Shown here one piece after another: positions 11,239 through 25,190 of a stretch of DNA of 64,000 nucleotides. Under the pieces are notes generated by a model. That model searched no databases. It saw only the letters and a program-made list of their open reading frames with translations, and was not told the DNA's origin. The first letter of the stretch is position 1. Each line of letters begins with the position of its first letter. Made by a program: the position numbers and the translations under genes. This DNA comes from Ginglymostoma cirratum. Its lineage: Eukaryota. The stretch lies in NCBI GenBank assembly GCA_024137785.1, contig JAHRHZ010000282.1, positions 62,001 to 126,000 of the forward strand, written 5' to 3'.

Positions 11239-13848
11239 AACATAAGAACAAGGAGCAGGAGTAGGCCGTCCGGCCCTTCGAGCCTGCTCCACCATTCAAT
11301 AAGATCACGGCTGATCTTTTCGTGGACTCAGATCCACTTACCCGCGCTCTCACCGAATCCCTTAATTCCTTTATTGTTCAAAAAATATCTACCTTAGCTC
11401 TAAAAACGTTTACTGAAGTAGCGTCAACTACTTCACTGGGCAAGGAATTCCATAGATTAACAACCCCCTGGGTGAAGAAGTTCCTTCTCAATTCAGTCCT
11501 AAATCTGCTCCCGCTAATCTTGAGGCTATGCCCTCTTGTCTGAGCTTCACCTGCCAGTGGAAACATCCTCTCTACTTCTATTTTATCTATTCCCTTCATA
11601 ATTTTATATGTTTCTATAAGATCCCCCCTCAATCTTCTGAATTCCAATGAATATAATCCCAATCTACTCAGTCTCTCCTCATAAGCCAACCCCCTCAACT
11701 CCGGAATCAACCTAGTGAGCCTCCTCTGCACCCACTCCAGTGCCAGCACATCCTTTCTCAAGTAAGGACACCAAAACTGCACACAGTATCCAGGTGTGGC
11801 CTCACTGGCACCTTGTACAGCTGCGACATAACCTCTTTGCTTTTAAACTCAATCGCTTTCGCAATGAAGGACAAAATTCCATTTGTCTTCCGTATTACTT
11901 GTTGTATTGCAGACCAACCTTCTGTGATTCATGCACAAGGGCACCCAAGTCCCTCGGCACAGCAGCATGTTGCAACTTTTTACCATTCAAGTAATAATGC
12001 TTTTTACTATTACTCATACCAAAACGTGTGACTTCACATTTATTTACATTGTATTCCATCTGCTAGACCTTTGCCCACTCAATCAATGTATCTATGTTCC
12101 TCTGCAAAGTTTCACAGTCCCCTGCACGCTTTGCTCTGCCACTCATCTTAGTGTCATCTGCAAACTTTGACACCCTACACGTGGTCCCCAACTCCAAATC
12201 ATCGATATAAATTGTAAATAATTGCGGTCCCAGCACCAATCTCTGAGGCACACCACTAATCACTGATTGCCAGCCAGAATAGCACTCATTTATCCCCACT
12301 CTTTGCTTCCTATTAGTCAACCAATCCTCTATCCATGCTGATACTTTACCCTTAACGCCAAGCATCCTTATCTTATGCAGCAGCCTCTTGTGCGGCATCT
12401 TGTCGAAGTCCTTTTGGAAATCTAGGTACACCACATCCACTGGGTCCCCATTGTTCACCTTGCTCGTAATGTCTTCACAGAATTCCAAAAGCATGACCTG
12501 CCCTTCATGAACCCATGCTGCGTCTGCCCAACGGGACAATTTCTGTACATATGCCTTGCTAGTTCTTCCTTAATAATAGACTCAAACATCTTCCCCACTA
12601 CAGACGTTAAGCTAATCGATCTATAATTTCTCATCTTTTGTCTACCTCTCTTTTTAAGCAGTGGCGTCACATTTGCTGTTTTCCAATCTGCTGGGACTGC
12701 CCCAGAGTCTCGTGAATTTTGGAAAATTACAGCCAGTGCACCTGTTATTTCTCCCGCCATCTCTTTTAGTACTCTGGGATGCATTCCATCAGGACAGGAG
12801 ACTTATCAATCCTTAGCTCCATTAGCTTGCATAACACTACCTCTTCCGGAATAATGATTGTTTCCAGGTCCTCACCTACCTTCGTCTCTTTGTCAATTAC
12901 TGGCATGTTATTAGTTTCCTCCACTGTGAAGACCGATACAATATACCTGTTCGATGCCTCAGCCATTTCATCATATCCCATAACTCAATTCCCCTTCTCA
13001 TACTCTAAAGGGCCAAAGTTTACTTTCGCCACTGTTTTTCGTTTTATATATTTATAGAAACTTTTGCTATCTGTCTTTATATTCTGTGCTAGTTTTTTCT
13101 CATGTTCTATCTTACGTTTCTTTATAGCTCTTTTTGTGGCTTTCTGTCGACCTTTAAAGTTTTCCCAATCTTCTAGTTTCATGCTGTTTTTGGCCACTTT
13201 GTATGCCTTCTCTTTCAATTTGATAGCCTCCCTTATTTCCTTAGACACTCATGGAAGATTACCCCTCTTTTCACTGGAATATATTTTTGCTGACCACTTT
13301 GAAAAATTTCTTTGAAAGTCCTCCACTGCTCGTCAACTGTCCCACCATAAAATCATTGTTTCCAGTCTACTTTAGCCAAGTCCTCCCTCATTCTATTGTA
13401 GTACTCCTTATTCAAGCACAGGACCCTGGTACTGGATGTTATCTTCACACTCTCCGTCTGTATTCTAAATTCAACTATACTGCGATCACTCCTTCCAAGA
13501 GGATTCTTAACTATGAGGTCATTAATTATTCCTGTCTCATTACACAGGACCAGATCTAGGATAGCTTGCTACCTCGTCGGTTCCATTACATACTGTTCAA
13601 GAAAAATATCACGGATACACTCAACGAACTCCTCCTCGAGGCTACCCTGACCGAGCTGGTTCCACCAATCTGCATGTAGATTAAAATCCCCCATGATAAT
13701 TGCCGTACCATTTTTACAGGTATTAGTTATTTCTTTGTTTATTGCCCGCCCCAATGTGCTGTTATTATCTGGTGGCCTATAGACAACGCTTAACAGTGAC
13801 TTTTTCCTCTTAGAATTTCTAATTTCCACCCAAATGGTTTCAACCTCA
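11239..13848 (-). mobile_element. 5'-truncated CR1-clade LINE (ORF2 endonuclease-RT, frameshifted)
   Basis: ORF fragments IIMGDFN, DWKTANVTPL, VYLDFQKDFDK, GVPQRLVLGP, KFADDTK, QRRLTRLIP, TRGHSLKI; AACATAAG-type 3' tail at about 11239. Confidence 0.95.
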
Positions 13849-14735
13849 ATAGAAACATATAGAGAGAGACAGAGGTAGAGAGAGAGAGAGACAAAAAGAA
13901 AGACAAAGATCGAGAGAGAAGAACAAAACAAAACTTGAAGGTGAGAGAAGCATTAAATCGAATTTAAGGAGATAGTGAAACAACACTATGGATAAACATT
14001 GAGAGAAAAGTTGTGATAAATATGGCTGTGGAAATAAGGAGGCCAAATGGAGTAAGGGAGAGGGAACCCAAAAAGAGATCATGAAGATGAAGTAAAGGAG
14101 AGGTACGGATTGAGAGAAACAGACAGAAACGAAATGGAAGCTGAAATCAGACAAACATGAATAGGGAGAGTATAAATGAAATGAAACTATCTGCAAATGG
14201 AGAGAAATACAATTGAAATAACATAATGATTAGGAGTGAAAGGGAATAAAAGGAGAAGGATCGAGTGAAAAAAGAGCAGACTTGTCTACGAAACAAGAAG
14301 CAGTCTGAATCTATCTCAAGAGAAAATATTGGAATGGCTCCACATATAATTCGTTGGTTTGGGAAAATAATTTCAGCATCGTTATGAAATAAAAGCTGTG
14401 CCAGCCATGCTTTCTGTCTTGCACGTTTTAGGACAGATGCAAGAATGAAAAGGAAGGGCTAATTTCCCCCGTGTCAGAATCTGTTTCAATATCACTCCGT
14501 TCACCATCCCTTTGTTGACGGCATGAATTGCAAAATATTGGAATTTTGAGCTGGCAGGCTTTTGTGCAAAACAATGGATTTTTCACTTTGATTGGATGTT
14601 GCCTTGTGTCTTTGCCCAGAACAAAGCAATCGTCGGAGACACCAATTTCAGTACTTCATTTCATCTCTTCACCAAAAACCACTTCAACCGGAATTCTCAA
14701 GTTCTCTTCAAATCTGTTACCATTTCCCCTGAAAC

Positions 14736-15598
14736 ATTTTGGAACTTAGTTTTTACTTTATTGCTACCACTGCAGCTCTCTTAACTGGTAAGTTGAAAAG
14801 ATATTTATCACTGTCAGTCGCAAACATCGCATTTATTACATTTGACACAGAATTATCCATATCTTGATCTGAAAAGAAAAGATTTGGATCCTTCCTGAAT
14901 TTGTCCATAAAACAAATGGCATGCATCAGCTGTAACGTTTTGCTGAATGGTTCATGGACCGAGCCCAGCACATTGAATTTAATGTTTTATTTGATATAGA
15001 CCAGCCGTATTCACGGAACAACATTCCCTCACATCACACTAATCCCCTTAGGGAATAGAGCACCATAGGAAACACTGAAAGTACGTTAAATCAAATAAAA
15101 TTACATGTCAAAGAGCATTTTAACCTTAATATGTTTCTGTATAATTTTCTAATTTAGTTCAAAATTAAGTGTCACGATTGTTGAATTGATTCGGACAGAG
15201 AAAACCACAGTGAAATATCAAGATTTAAATTAATATCTCTTTGGGCTTTTGCAGGGCAATGTCGCAGAGACTGTTTCACAGACACTGGCTGAAACCTCAG
15301 TAATTGGAGGAGATGATGTTCAATTATTCTGTAATTACACAGTTTCAAAGAACAATTTGCCTTACCTGTTCTGGTACCATCAATATTCAAGTGGATTCAT
15401 AGAGTTTTTGGCTCGTCAGAACAGCTTTAGAAGGAAAGCAGAAGAATTTGCATCAAATCGTTTTTCAGTGAAACTCAATGAATCCAGCCAAACTGTGCCG
15501 CTTAACGTTACTAAATCACAGCTGACAGACTCCGCCGTGTATTACTGTGCACTGAGCCCCACAGAGACACAGGATTGGAGTGAACCTGTACAAAAGCT
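14736..15598 (+). pseudogene. TCR alpha/delta V (V2) with defective leader; V domain and 23-RSS intact
   Basis: Leader homologue 14736-14787 starts aaacATT (V1 has aaacATG); canonical acceptor 15254/15255 is out of phase (2-nt loss versus V1); ETVSQ..FCNY..LFWYHQ..DSAVYYCALS is open; CACAGAG (15560-15566) + 23 nt + ACAAAAGCT (15590-15598). Confidence 0.88.
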
Positions 15599-15974
15599 GT
15601 CAGACTGCCGAGCAACCTGTCAGCGGATGGGCGAACTGAGACTTTGACAGCAGTTTCGTCAGCAGTGAGACTCCATGCATTCGAATTCTAGTAAATATAT
15701 TCAGTGAAAATGCATTAATATGCATTTATATATTCCTACCTTTATCAAGTAACAAAATATGCAGGTTCAGTGACCAAAGAAGAAATGAGGAGCGAAGTGC
15801 TATTTATGCAAGTAAACGCAGGAGGAAAACATACTCACAGGCTGGGTCTCTCTGCGAAGTGACAACTGGCACCAGTTAAATTGATATGAAATTAAAATAA
15901 ATGGATGTGAACGAGATTAATGGATGTTGTTGTTTATTTGGCAGATCAAATTGGCAGAAAAAAGAAACCTGCAA

Positions 15975-16265
15975 TCTGGTGGCAAAGTGGCTGCCTCACA
16001 TGACCAGGGAGTTAGGTTTAATTACACCCTTAAAAGAACGTTTTTGTGGAGTTTACACATTCCCCTCGGGTCTCGTGAGTTTCTTCCTTGTGCTGCAGTT
16101 TCCTCGCACAGTTAAAAATGTGCAAGATCGGTGGATTGTTCATGAGCAAATGTAGGGTTACAGGGATAGTGTAGGTGGGTCTGGGTGAGATGCCCTTTGA
16201 AAGGGCAGTGTGGACACAATGGGCCGAATGGCCTGTTTCCACACTGTAGGGGTTCTGTGATTCAG
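15975..16265 (+). mobile_element. Degenerate HE1-like SINE
   Basis: GCTGCCTCACA..GATGCCCTTTG..GGGCCGAATGGCCTGTTTCCACACTGTAGGG, similar to the other copies. Confidence 0.6.
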
Positions 16266-16659
16266 TGTATTTGAAATTCAATAAGATGCAGCGTTTCGTT
16301 GAACTCAGATGCAGGCATAAAAGCATGTACAGACATGGAGCATCAGGTTCACACCAATGCCTGGGCACACGGGGAAAATGAATGTAGACTTCATATTTGC
16401 ATAAAGCCTTAAGTCTGCTCTCTTCAGAATTCTCAAAACTCTGCTTGTGCTTTTTGTAAACTGTTTTATATTTTTCAGGTTAGATTTTTAAAAAGATATT
16501 CAATCAACTTTCTGGTTCAGCAGAAAAACCATGTAGAATACATTGGTCAGCTTCTATGAACATTTTGTTACATTATGTTCACAAAGAACTCGATGTTACA
16601 AGTACAGATGCAAACTTTCCCATCCGTCACACTTGGATTTTACAACATTCTGGATAGGC

Positions 16660-17060
16660 TCGTACTCAGGGTGAGGGGTGGTATCACATCGAAGCATTTG
16701 AAATCATATTGGGAATGGGTGGCGTGATGATGGAAGAATGCGCCCGATATTGTGGAAGTCCAGAACTAGGGGTCACAGTCTAAGAATAAGGGGTAAGCCA
16801 TTCAGGACTGAGATGAGGAAGAACTGTGTGAACTCATGTGAACTGTGGAATTGTCTAACTCAGGAAGCTGTTGGGGCCTGTTCCTTAGATATATTTTCGA
16901 GGGAGCTGGACATGGCCTTTGTGACCAATGGGTTCAAGAGGCTTGGAGAGAAAGTGGGAGTCTGATACTGAAATTGCATGACCAGCCATCATTATATTGA
17001 ATGGTGTTGCAGACTCCAACTGCCTACTCTGATAATTATTTTCTATGTTTCTACGTTTCT
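16660..17060 (+). mobile_element. CR1 LINE 3' fragment
   Basis: SRTRGHSLRIRGKPFRTEMRKN, the CR1 ORF2 C-terminal motif, followed by a TTCTATGT-type tail. Confidence 0.8.
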
Positions 17061-17504
17061 ATTTTCAAGCAGCATAAATTGCTGCCAAGTTTCGTAGGTC
17101 CAGGCTTCTTTACACTTTGTCCCCAATCCGTTAACTATTATAACGGAGTTTCTGTGCCAGGCTCCGTCTGGTTTATGTCATTTTGCCTCTTAGCCCACAG
17201 TCTTACATCGTGTTGTCAGACAGCCACAGCTCACTGCTGGTGAAATTCCCTTCTCCTTTCGAAGTATCCAGAAATGCAAAAAATGGATCGCCAACACCCT
17301 CTGCTTTCAAAAATTCTCCACACGATGGGATGCAGATCAAGAATGTGAGAGATTCTCCTCTATCCTAACGGTACAGTAGTAAGGAATAAAAAGCAGCAGA
17401 TGTCGAATAGTTGAAGTGAAAACCAGTCTGCACAAGTAACACCTGCAGGAATTTAGATGTGCCAAAGTCTGTGATTTAGTGTTATATTTGACAATCAATG
17501 TAAC

Positions 17505-20500
17505 AGACCATAAGACCATAAGACCATAAGACATAGGAGTGGAAGTAAGGCCATTCGGCCCATCGAGTCCACTCCGCCATTTAATCATGGCTGATGGGCA
17601 TTTCAACTCCACTTACCCGCACTCTCCCCGTAGCCCTTGATTCCTTGCGAGATCAAGAATTTATCAATCTCTGCCTTGAAGGCATTCAACATCCCGGCCT
17701 CCACTGCGTTCTGTGGCAATGAATTCCATAGGCCCACCACTCTCTGGCTGAAGAAATGTCTCCTTATTTCCGTTCTCAATTGACCCCCTCTAATTCTAAG
17801 GCTGTGCCCACGGGTCCTAGTATCCCCACCTAACGGAAACAACTTCCCAGCGTCCACCCTTTCTAAGCCATGCATTATCTTGTAAGTTTCTATTAGATCT
17901 CCCCTCAACCTTCTAAACTCTAATGAATACAATCTCAGGATCCTCAGCCGTTCATCGTATGTTAGGCCTACCATTCCAGGGATCATCCGTGTGAATCTCC
18001 GCTGGACACGCTCCAGTGCCAGTGTGTCCTTCCTGAGGTGTGGGGCCCAAAATTGGACACAGTATTCTAAATGGGGCCTAACTAGAGCTTTATAAAGTCT
18101 CAGAAGCACATCTCTGCTTTTATATTCACTCCCTCTTGAGATAAATGACAACATTGCATTCTCTTTCTTAATCACGGACTCAACCTGCAAGTTAACCTTT
18201 AGAGAATCCTAGACGAGCACTCCCAGATCCCTTTGTACTTCGGCTTTATGAATTTTCTCACCGTTCAGAAAATAGTCCATGCCTGTATTCTTTTTTCCAA
18301 GGTGCAAGACCTCGCATTTACTCACGTTGAATTTCATCAGCCATTTCCTGGACCACTCTCCTGAACTGTCTGAATCATTCTGCAGCCTCCCCGCCTCCTC
18401 CGTTCTACCTGCCTGTCCACCCAACTTCGTATCATCGGCAAACTTCGCCAGAATGCCCCCAGTCCCTTCATCCAGATGATTAATATATAAAGTGAACAGC
18501 TGTGGCCCCAACACTGAACCCTGCGGGACACTGCTTGTCACCGGTTGCCATTCCGAAAAAGAGCCTTTTATCCCAACTCTCTGCCTTCTGTCAGACAGCC
18601 AATCCTCCATGCCAGTAATTCACCTCGAACACCAATGGCCCTCACCTTACTCAGCAGCCTCCCGTGAGGCACCTTATCAAAGGCCTTTTGGAAGTCTAGA
18701 CAGATAACATCCACTGGGTTTCCCTGGTCTAACCTACCTGTTACCTCTTTAAAGAATGCTAACAGGTTTGTCAGACACGACCTCCCTTTACTAAATCCAT
18801 GCTGACTTGTTCTAATCCGACCCTGCACTTCCAAGAATTTAGAAATCTCATCCTTAACGATAGATTCTAGAATTTTACCAACAACCGAGGTTAGGCTAAT
18901 CAGCCTATAATTTTCCATCTTTTGTCTTGATCCTTTCTTAAACAAGAAGGTTACAACAGCGATTTTCCAATCATCTGGGACTTCCCCTGACTCCAGTGAC
19001 TTTTGAAAGATCACAAACAACGCCTCCGCTATTTCCTCAGCCACCTCCCTCAGAACTCTAGGATGTAGCCCATCGGGGCCAGGAGATTGATCAATTTTTA
19101 GACCATTTAGCTTTTCTACCACTTTCTCTTTTGTAATGCCTACCATACTCAACTCTGCCCCCTGACTCTCCTTAATTGTTGGGATATTACTCATGTCTTC
19201 CACTGTGAAGACTGACGCAAAATACTTATTAAGTTGTTCAGCTATTTCCTTATCTCCCATCACTAGCCTTCCAGCATCAATTTGGAGTGGCCCAATGTCT
19301 ACTTTTGCCTCTCGTTTGTTTCTTATGTATTGAAAGAAACTTTTACTATCATTTCTAATATTACTGGCTAGCCTACCTTCGTATTTGATCCTCTCCTTCC
19401 TTATTTCTCTCTTTGTTATCCTCTGTTTGTTCTTGTACCCTTCCCAATCTTCTGATTTCCCAGTGCTCTTGGCCACTATATAGTCTGTCTCTTCTTCTTT
19501 GATACATTTCTTGACTTCCTTTGTCAGCCATGGCTGTCTAATCCTCCCCCGGATAATCTTTCTTTTCTTTGGGATGAATCTCTGTATTGTGTCCTTAATT
19601 ACACCCAGAAACTCCTGCCATTGTTGCTCTCCTGTCTTCCCCGCTGGGCTCTGCTTCCAGTCGATTTTCGTCAGTTCCTCTCTCATGCCCCTGTAATTAC
19701 CTTTATTTAACTGTAACACCATTACATCCGATTTTTCCTTCTCGCTTTCAAACCGCAGACTGAACTCTACCATATTATGATCGCTGCCTCCTAAGTGTTC
19801 CCTTACTTTAAGGTCTTTTATAAAGTCTGGCTCATTACATAGCACTAAGTCCAGAACAGCCTGCTCCCTTGTGGGCTCCATCACAAGCTGTTCCAAAAAG
19901 CCATCCTGTAGGCATTCCATTAATTCCCTTTCTTTGGATCCACCGGCAATATTATTCACGCAGTCCACCTGCATATTGAAGTCCCCCATGATCACCGTGA
20001 CATTGTCTTTCTGACATGCCCTATTTATTTCCCGGTGCGTCTTGTACCCCTGGTCCTGACCACTGTTAGGCGGTCTGTACATAACTCCCATTATGGTTTT
20101 TTTTCCCTTTGTGGTTCCTCAACTCCACGCACACAGACTCCACATCATCTGACCCTATGTCATTCAGTGCTATTGATTTGATTTCATTCTTAATTAAAAA
20201 GGCAACGCCACACCCTCTGCCCACCTCCCTGTCTTTTCGATAAGTTGTAAATCCTTGGATATTTAACTGCCAGTCCTGAACTCCCTGCGACCACGTCTCT
20301 GTGATGCCTACCACATCATAATCGTTCAAGATGATTTGCGCCATTAATTCATCTACTTTGTTACGAAAACTGCGAGCATTTAGGTAAAGTGCCTTAATGC
20401 TAACTTTCTTATCATTATTAGAAATATTGGAAATCATAAGATGTCCTAAGTTATCCTTCCTTTTTGCTGCATTCCTAGTCTGCCTCGAGCTTAAACCCAC

Positions 20501-20600
20501 CTGCTCACATGCTATCATACTGCTTATCTTTCCATTTAACTCCATACACCCTGTCGCTTTCCCTCCCCCCCGACTCAGAAGTTTAAAGTCCTACTGACCA
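17505..20600 (-). mobile_element. CR1-clade LINE with near-complete ORF2 (APE endonuclease + RT) and several frameshifts
   Basis: LYLNARS..GITETW, MGDFN, GSDHN, LDFQKAFDKVPH, VPQGSVLGP, KFADDTK, LVRPHLEYCVQFW; (AGACCATA)3 tail at 17505-17528. Confidence 0.96.
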
Positions 20601-21381
20601 CCTTACAGACAACGTTACAAATCTAGGAAGAGCATAATTTAAAGGACAAGATGTCAGTGCCACTTGCAAATGAGAGTTATCACAGTTTGTCGAACTTACA
20701 TTTTTAGGCAGTTGCAGCAGTGATGTATGTGTAAATAGTAATAGCCAATATGTCATGTTTTCAGAGCTGATCGTGGGTTTGAACAGAAGGAGACGAAGAC
20801 GCAAAGTCTCAGCTCAGAATTTAGATAAGGAGTCAAACCCAGTCGTGGTTCATGGTTGGCAGTGTCCAAAGGTGACACCCAATCAACTTCCAGCATTTTT
20901 GGCCCACAGTCCATGAGGTCTGAACAAGGAGCAGTGTCTGACCTGAACTTGTACTCATTACAATTGACTGCACCAAGTAACTTTTCTCAGAACTATCCCC
21001 ACTGACCTTATTATCGAATCATCTATCATAATTAGTCTTAAATAAAGTCAGGTGCCGAGGATCGACAACTCTCCGAGGTACAGGACTTTACTAAGACATG
21101 TATGTCACTCATTTTTCATCGTTTAACAGATCCAATCTTTGAGATGGGGCAATGATTGGTAATATTTAATGTTGCTCTGAAGGTGGTGCTGGACATTATC
21201 CGTTACTTTACCATGAGGAATACTGATATAAGGAGGGACTTCTAATGGAATGACACACATTCAGTACCAATGAAAGCGATCATTCGGGCAAGATATCGGC
21301 AATGTGAGGTTTTGGAGATATTAACAATTCACGATTCAGGTCTCAGATCTGATTTGATGAGAAAAGCTGAGAGTTCCTATT

Positions 21382-21709
21382 GCTGTTTGTACATACGGAC
21401 TGTGCCTGTGGTATTCCAACACGCAGTGATGCCGTAGAGTCAGGACATGAGATCCATCAATACTTAAAGGAACCGTTTCATTGTCTTGGTCCAAGTAAAC
21501 CGGTCAGAGAAATCTGGAGATATCTTTCCCCTGACTCGAGCCATATCTCTTTAGTAAATATCTTGGAGTTTTGCGACAAGAGTGAATGCACCAAAAGAGA
21601 ATTTCGGCAGCATATTTTGTAATGTAATTACAGTTTAGTGTTACAGCCATTCCTTCCTCAATCATTAATACTGCCAGCTCTTGGGAGACTAAATGTCGCC
21701 GATTCGTTC
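21382..21709 (-). pseudogene. TCR V pseudogene (Vd)
   Basis: Acceptor ttaaag|; TNRRHLVSQELAVLMIEEGMAVTLNCNYITKYAAEILFWCIHSCRKTPRYLLKRYGSSQG..(frameshifts)..SPDFSDRF..LDQDNETVPLSIDG..HCVLEY; CACAGGC (21410-21404) + 13 nt + ACAAACAGC (21390-21382). Confidence 0.85.
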
Positions 21710-23268
21710 CTTTAAGATCACGTAGAATGTGCGAAAAAATGCTTGTGAATGTATCCTGAGAATCATATGCTTGTGGCTTTTGTTCAAATCACCGAACAGC
21801 ATGATCTTCATTGCCAGTAAAACATGGAGAATGCACATGGTTACTGATTCAGTTGCAAATAGTTCATTAAATTTTTTTTGGTACATCTAGTGTTCAGTTG
21901 AGGTTCCAGCTCTGATCAGATGCAAGTTACAATTATTTGGAAAAAGTATCAGCGTTTCTCTGGGCTACGATTGGCCAGTCTCCCTGAGCTGGCATCAAAA
22001 GTGCACCAATGACTATTCCCTGATATGCAAAAGCGGCTGGTGTTGTCCAATCCCATTCCTCTGTGTCCAGCTGCTTTTCTTACCCTTTCCATTCTTTGAT
22101 TCTTTTTATTTTAATACTGTCACTTCCTTACTTAAACATGCTTTCCATTGTTTTCAATACTTTTCGATATTGAAAATGTATGTTTTAATGTCTAATTTAG
22201 GTGCAGCAATAAATGCCAGAAAATTCCCTAATTTTAAATCCACGTGGAATACCATTCAAGTTACGCACATCATCAATTCTTACCGTGTGAAATCACACAC
22301 CGATGTTGAGTTGTCACACATTTCTAAACCGCGATTTTTTTAAAAAAAAAATCTTTCATGCAATGTGGGTACCACTGACGAGCCATGATCTTGTTGCCTA
22401 CATATCATTTCTCTTGAACTGCGTTCCTCACTATACCATTTCTGAGGGCAGTTACTGCTAAGAAGCATACTCCTGCGCATTGGAGTCACTTGGGTTCCAG
22501 ACCAGTGAAGGAGGCATCTTCCTTCCATCAAGACATATAATTGAGCAATTCTTTTAATTTAATCTTTTAATCAATAATGGTCATCATCGTCGCCATTCCT
22601 GAGTCTATTTTTTAATTGTCGAATTATTTCGTGCACTAAAATTCCGACAGCTACCCCGGTGAGATTTGAAATAGGGAAAAACTAGTGCACCATAACACTG
22701 GGGCTCATTTTGACCCACTAAAATATTGATTCAACCAGTTTCAATTGTAATGAAGAAATTTGATGAAGCGAGGCACTTGAGGCTGCTTTTGTGATTAATT
22801 TATTTCTGAAGGTAGCCAGCTGATTGAGGTGAGCCACATCTAATACCTAAACACTGGATTCATGAACAAAACCTGTTGATATGAGGCTGACCATCCGCAA
22901 ACACTATTTAAAAATAGGAGACCAGGCATTCAAAACATGAACAAACAGGTTTTGTTTAATTTATGGATGATCACGAGTGTTTAGAGTTTTCTTCTTCCTC
23001 AAAGGCCAGTCGAAGTACAGTCTGCGAATATTTTAGAAGTTGAGATAGATCGATTCTTAATAAGCAATTAATAGAAATCTTATCGATTAGGTGAGGATAT
23101 GGGGTGATCATTTCAACTATGATCTTATCAATGACCCAGAATCATGGAGGGGCTGTAACGACTGCACTTGCTTCTGTGTCTCTATGCATTTATGTTTCCC
23201 TGTACAGATACTGAATGATTCAGTCACCAGCACTTTCTTGAACTTACCATTGATTTCGACATATTTTC

Positions 23269-23501
23269 AGTTTTTGTATGAGGTTTGAGGCATTCTAATT
23301 CACTGTGGGTCTCAGAGAGCAGTAATACACAGAGCTGTCTGTCATCTTCAAAACTTTCACAGCCAATTGAAAAATGCCTTGTACGAGATTGAGATTCCCA
23401 CTCAAATGCTGAAAGCTCGGAACCGTTTTGTTATACCCATAATGACTGACTCTGAGCAGATAATGATCGGCTTGAGATGGATACTGACAGTACCAGAACA
23501 A
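23269..23501 (-). pseudogene. 5'-truncated TCR V pseudogene (V3) with near-consensus 23-RSS
   Basis: LFWYCQYPSQADHYLLRV..LKMTDSSVYYCSLR; in-frame TAG just upstream and no recognisable FR1 or first Cys; CACAGTG (23307-23301) + 23 nt + ACAAAAACT (23277-23269). Confidence 0.88.
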
Positions 23502-24369
23502 GCCATGCTATCCGTGTATCCAAAGACATTAGTGGGATGCTATAGACTGCGCAGTAAATTGACCTCAATGGAGCTTGGTGGAGAAGGGGGAGTGGGGGCT
23601 GGACCGTGTGGTGGGGTGAGAGGAAATGTTGGGAACGTCGATTTCTGCTGAAACTTCATTCATTTTAAAATTTCTTTTCCTACGTTCTTTTTATTGGAAA
23701 TGATGGAGACAAGTTCATGATCAATATGTGGAGATGGGTGGGGCATTGTGCTGGACCTTGGGGAGGCACGATACTTGCGGCTTTGTGCAGACAAATCGTG
23801 CAGGGTGGACGAGTAGATTTCTGTGTTTGCCATGGGGCTGGGGTTGTGTCACGGGTTACTTCGTAATGTTTATGCGATACATCATAGCATGTAAAACAGG
23901 GAGCACTTTTTTCATAGAATAACTGGATCTGCAGGACAAACATAACAGAGCTTTAAATAGTCATGAAGAAAATAAAGACGGATAAAAAAGTCATCATAAA
24001 GGCTGTCCTACTTGGAAACTTAAAACTTTAATTTGAGAGAAATGGTACTGGTGAAAATTAACTGTTCAGTTGCCATCGGCTTCAAGATTAATGTAGTTTT
24101 CGAATTTTGATTAGAGCTGAACATTAAGATCAGACAGCACCCATGGAAAGTTCTCCACTCGAATCTGCAAAGCTTTTTCTCATCACGGATACTTTGCTGT
24201 TTGCTTATTGTATCTTGTGTATTACATTCTCGTGGGAGCTGATGATAATTTCTACTCGTTTGGCCAGGAACAAGTTCGAGAACATTATCATTATTATGAA
24301 CCATTATGTTATCAGAAAGTCTATAATTCAGCGAATAAAGACAGTTATCCCAGTTGTTGCATATCCTGT

Positions 24370-25190
24370 CCTACTACCTTAAGGGACCAGTGGACAAGCA
24401 CTCTTAGGTACTCAGCGCTTTCCGGTATGCTTCGGCTTATCATGTGTTTCCTTGCCTTCCTTGTCCTATCCACGTGGATTACATCACACCTATCTGGACT
24501 GAATTCGATTTGTCTTGGATCAGCCTATCTGATGATCCCATATTTATCCTGCTGTAATCTAAGACGATCTTCACCCACTATCATCATATCACGACTAATC
24601 TTCATAGCATCCACGAACTTACTGATCAATACTCTTGTCTTCAATGTTTCAATAATTTAGATGAGCCATAAATAAATGTCGCACAACACTGATCCCTGCA
24701 GAACCCTACTGAACACAGGTTTCCAGTCACAAAAAAAAAAATCCCTGACCATTGCCCTCTTCTTCCTGCGTTTCACCTAATTCAGGATACAGAAACAGCG
24801 AAGTTTGCTTAAATTACATGGACTGCTACCCTCATATCCCATGTGCTCTTATTCTTGCTATAAGTCTCTCATGCGGGAAATTAACAAAAACCTTGCTGAC
24901 GTCCAAATAGTCCATGCCAAATGCATTGTTCTCATTTGTACTCCTGGTCAGCTTTCCAAAAATTCAATCAAGTTGGTCAGTCACGAGCTCTCCTGAACAA
25001 AAGCATGTTGTCTGTTCTTCGTTATCCCTATTCCTATAAGTGCACATTACTACTACCACTTAGAATTGTTTCGAACAGGTTACCCACTCCAGCGGTTATA
25101 ATGACTGGTCTGCAGTATCTGGGTCGATCCCTTGCTTCCTTATGAAATGGTGGTAGCACATTGGCTATCCTCCAGTCCACTGGCAAAGTC
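24370..25190 (-). mobile_element. Old, degraded CR1/L2-like RT fragment
   Basis: Antisense RT-like motifs (acacctatctggactgaattcgattt, cacaacactgatccctgcagaacc, ggctatcctccagtc) resembling the younger CR1 copies. Confidence 0.55.
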
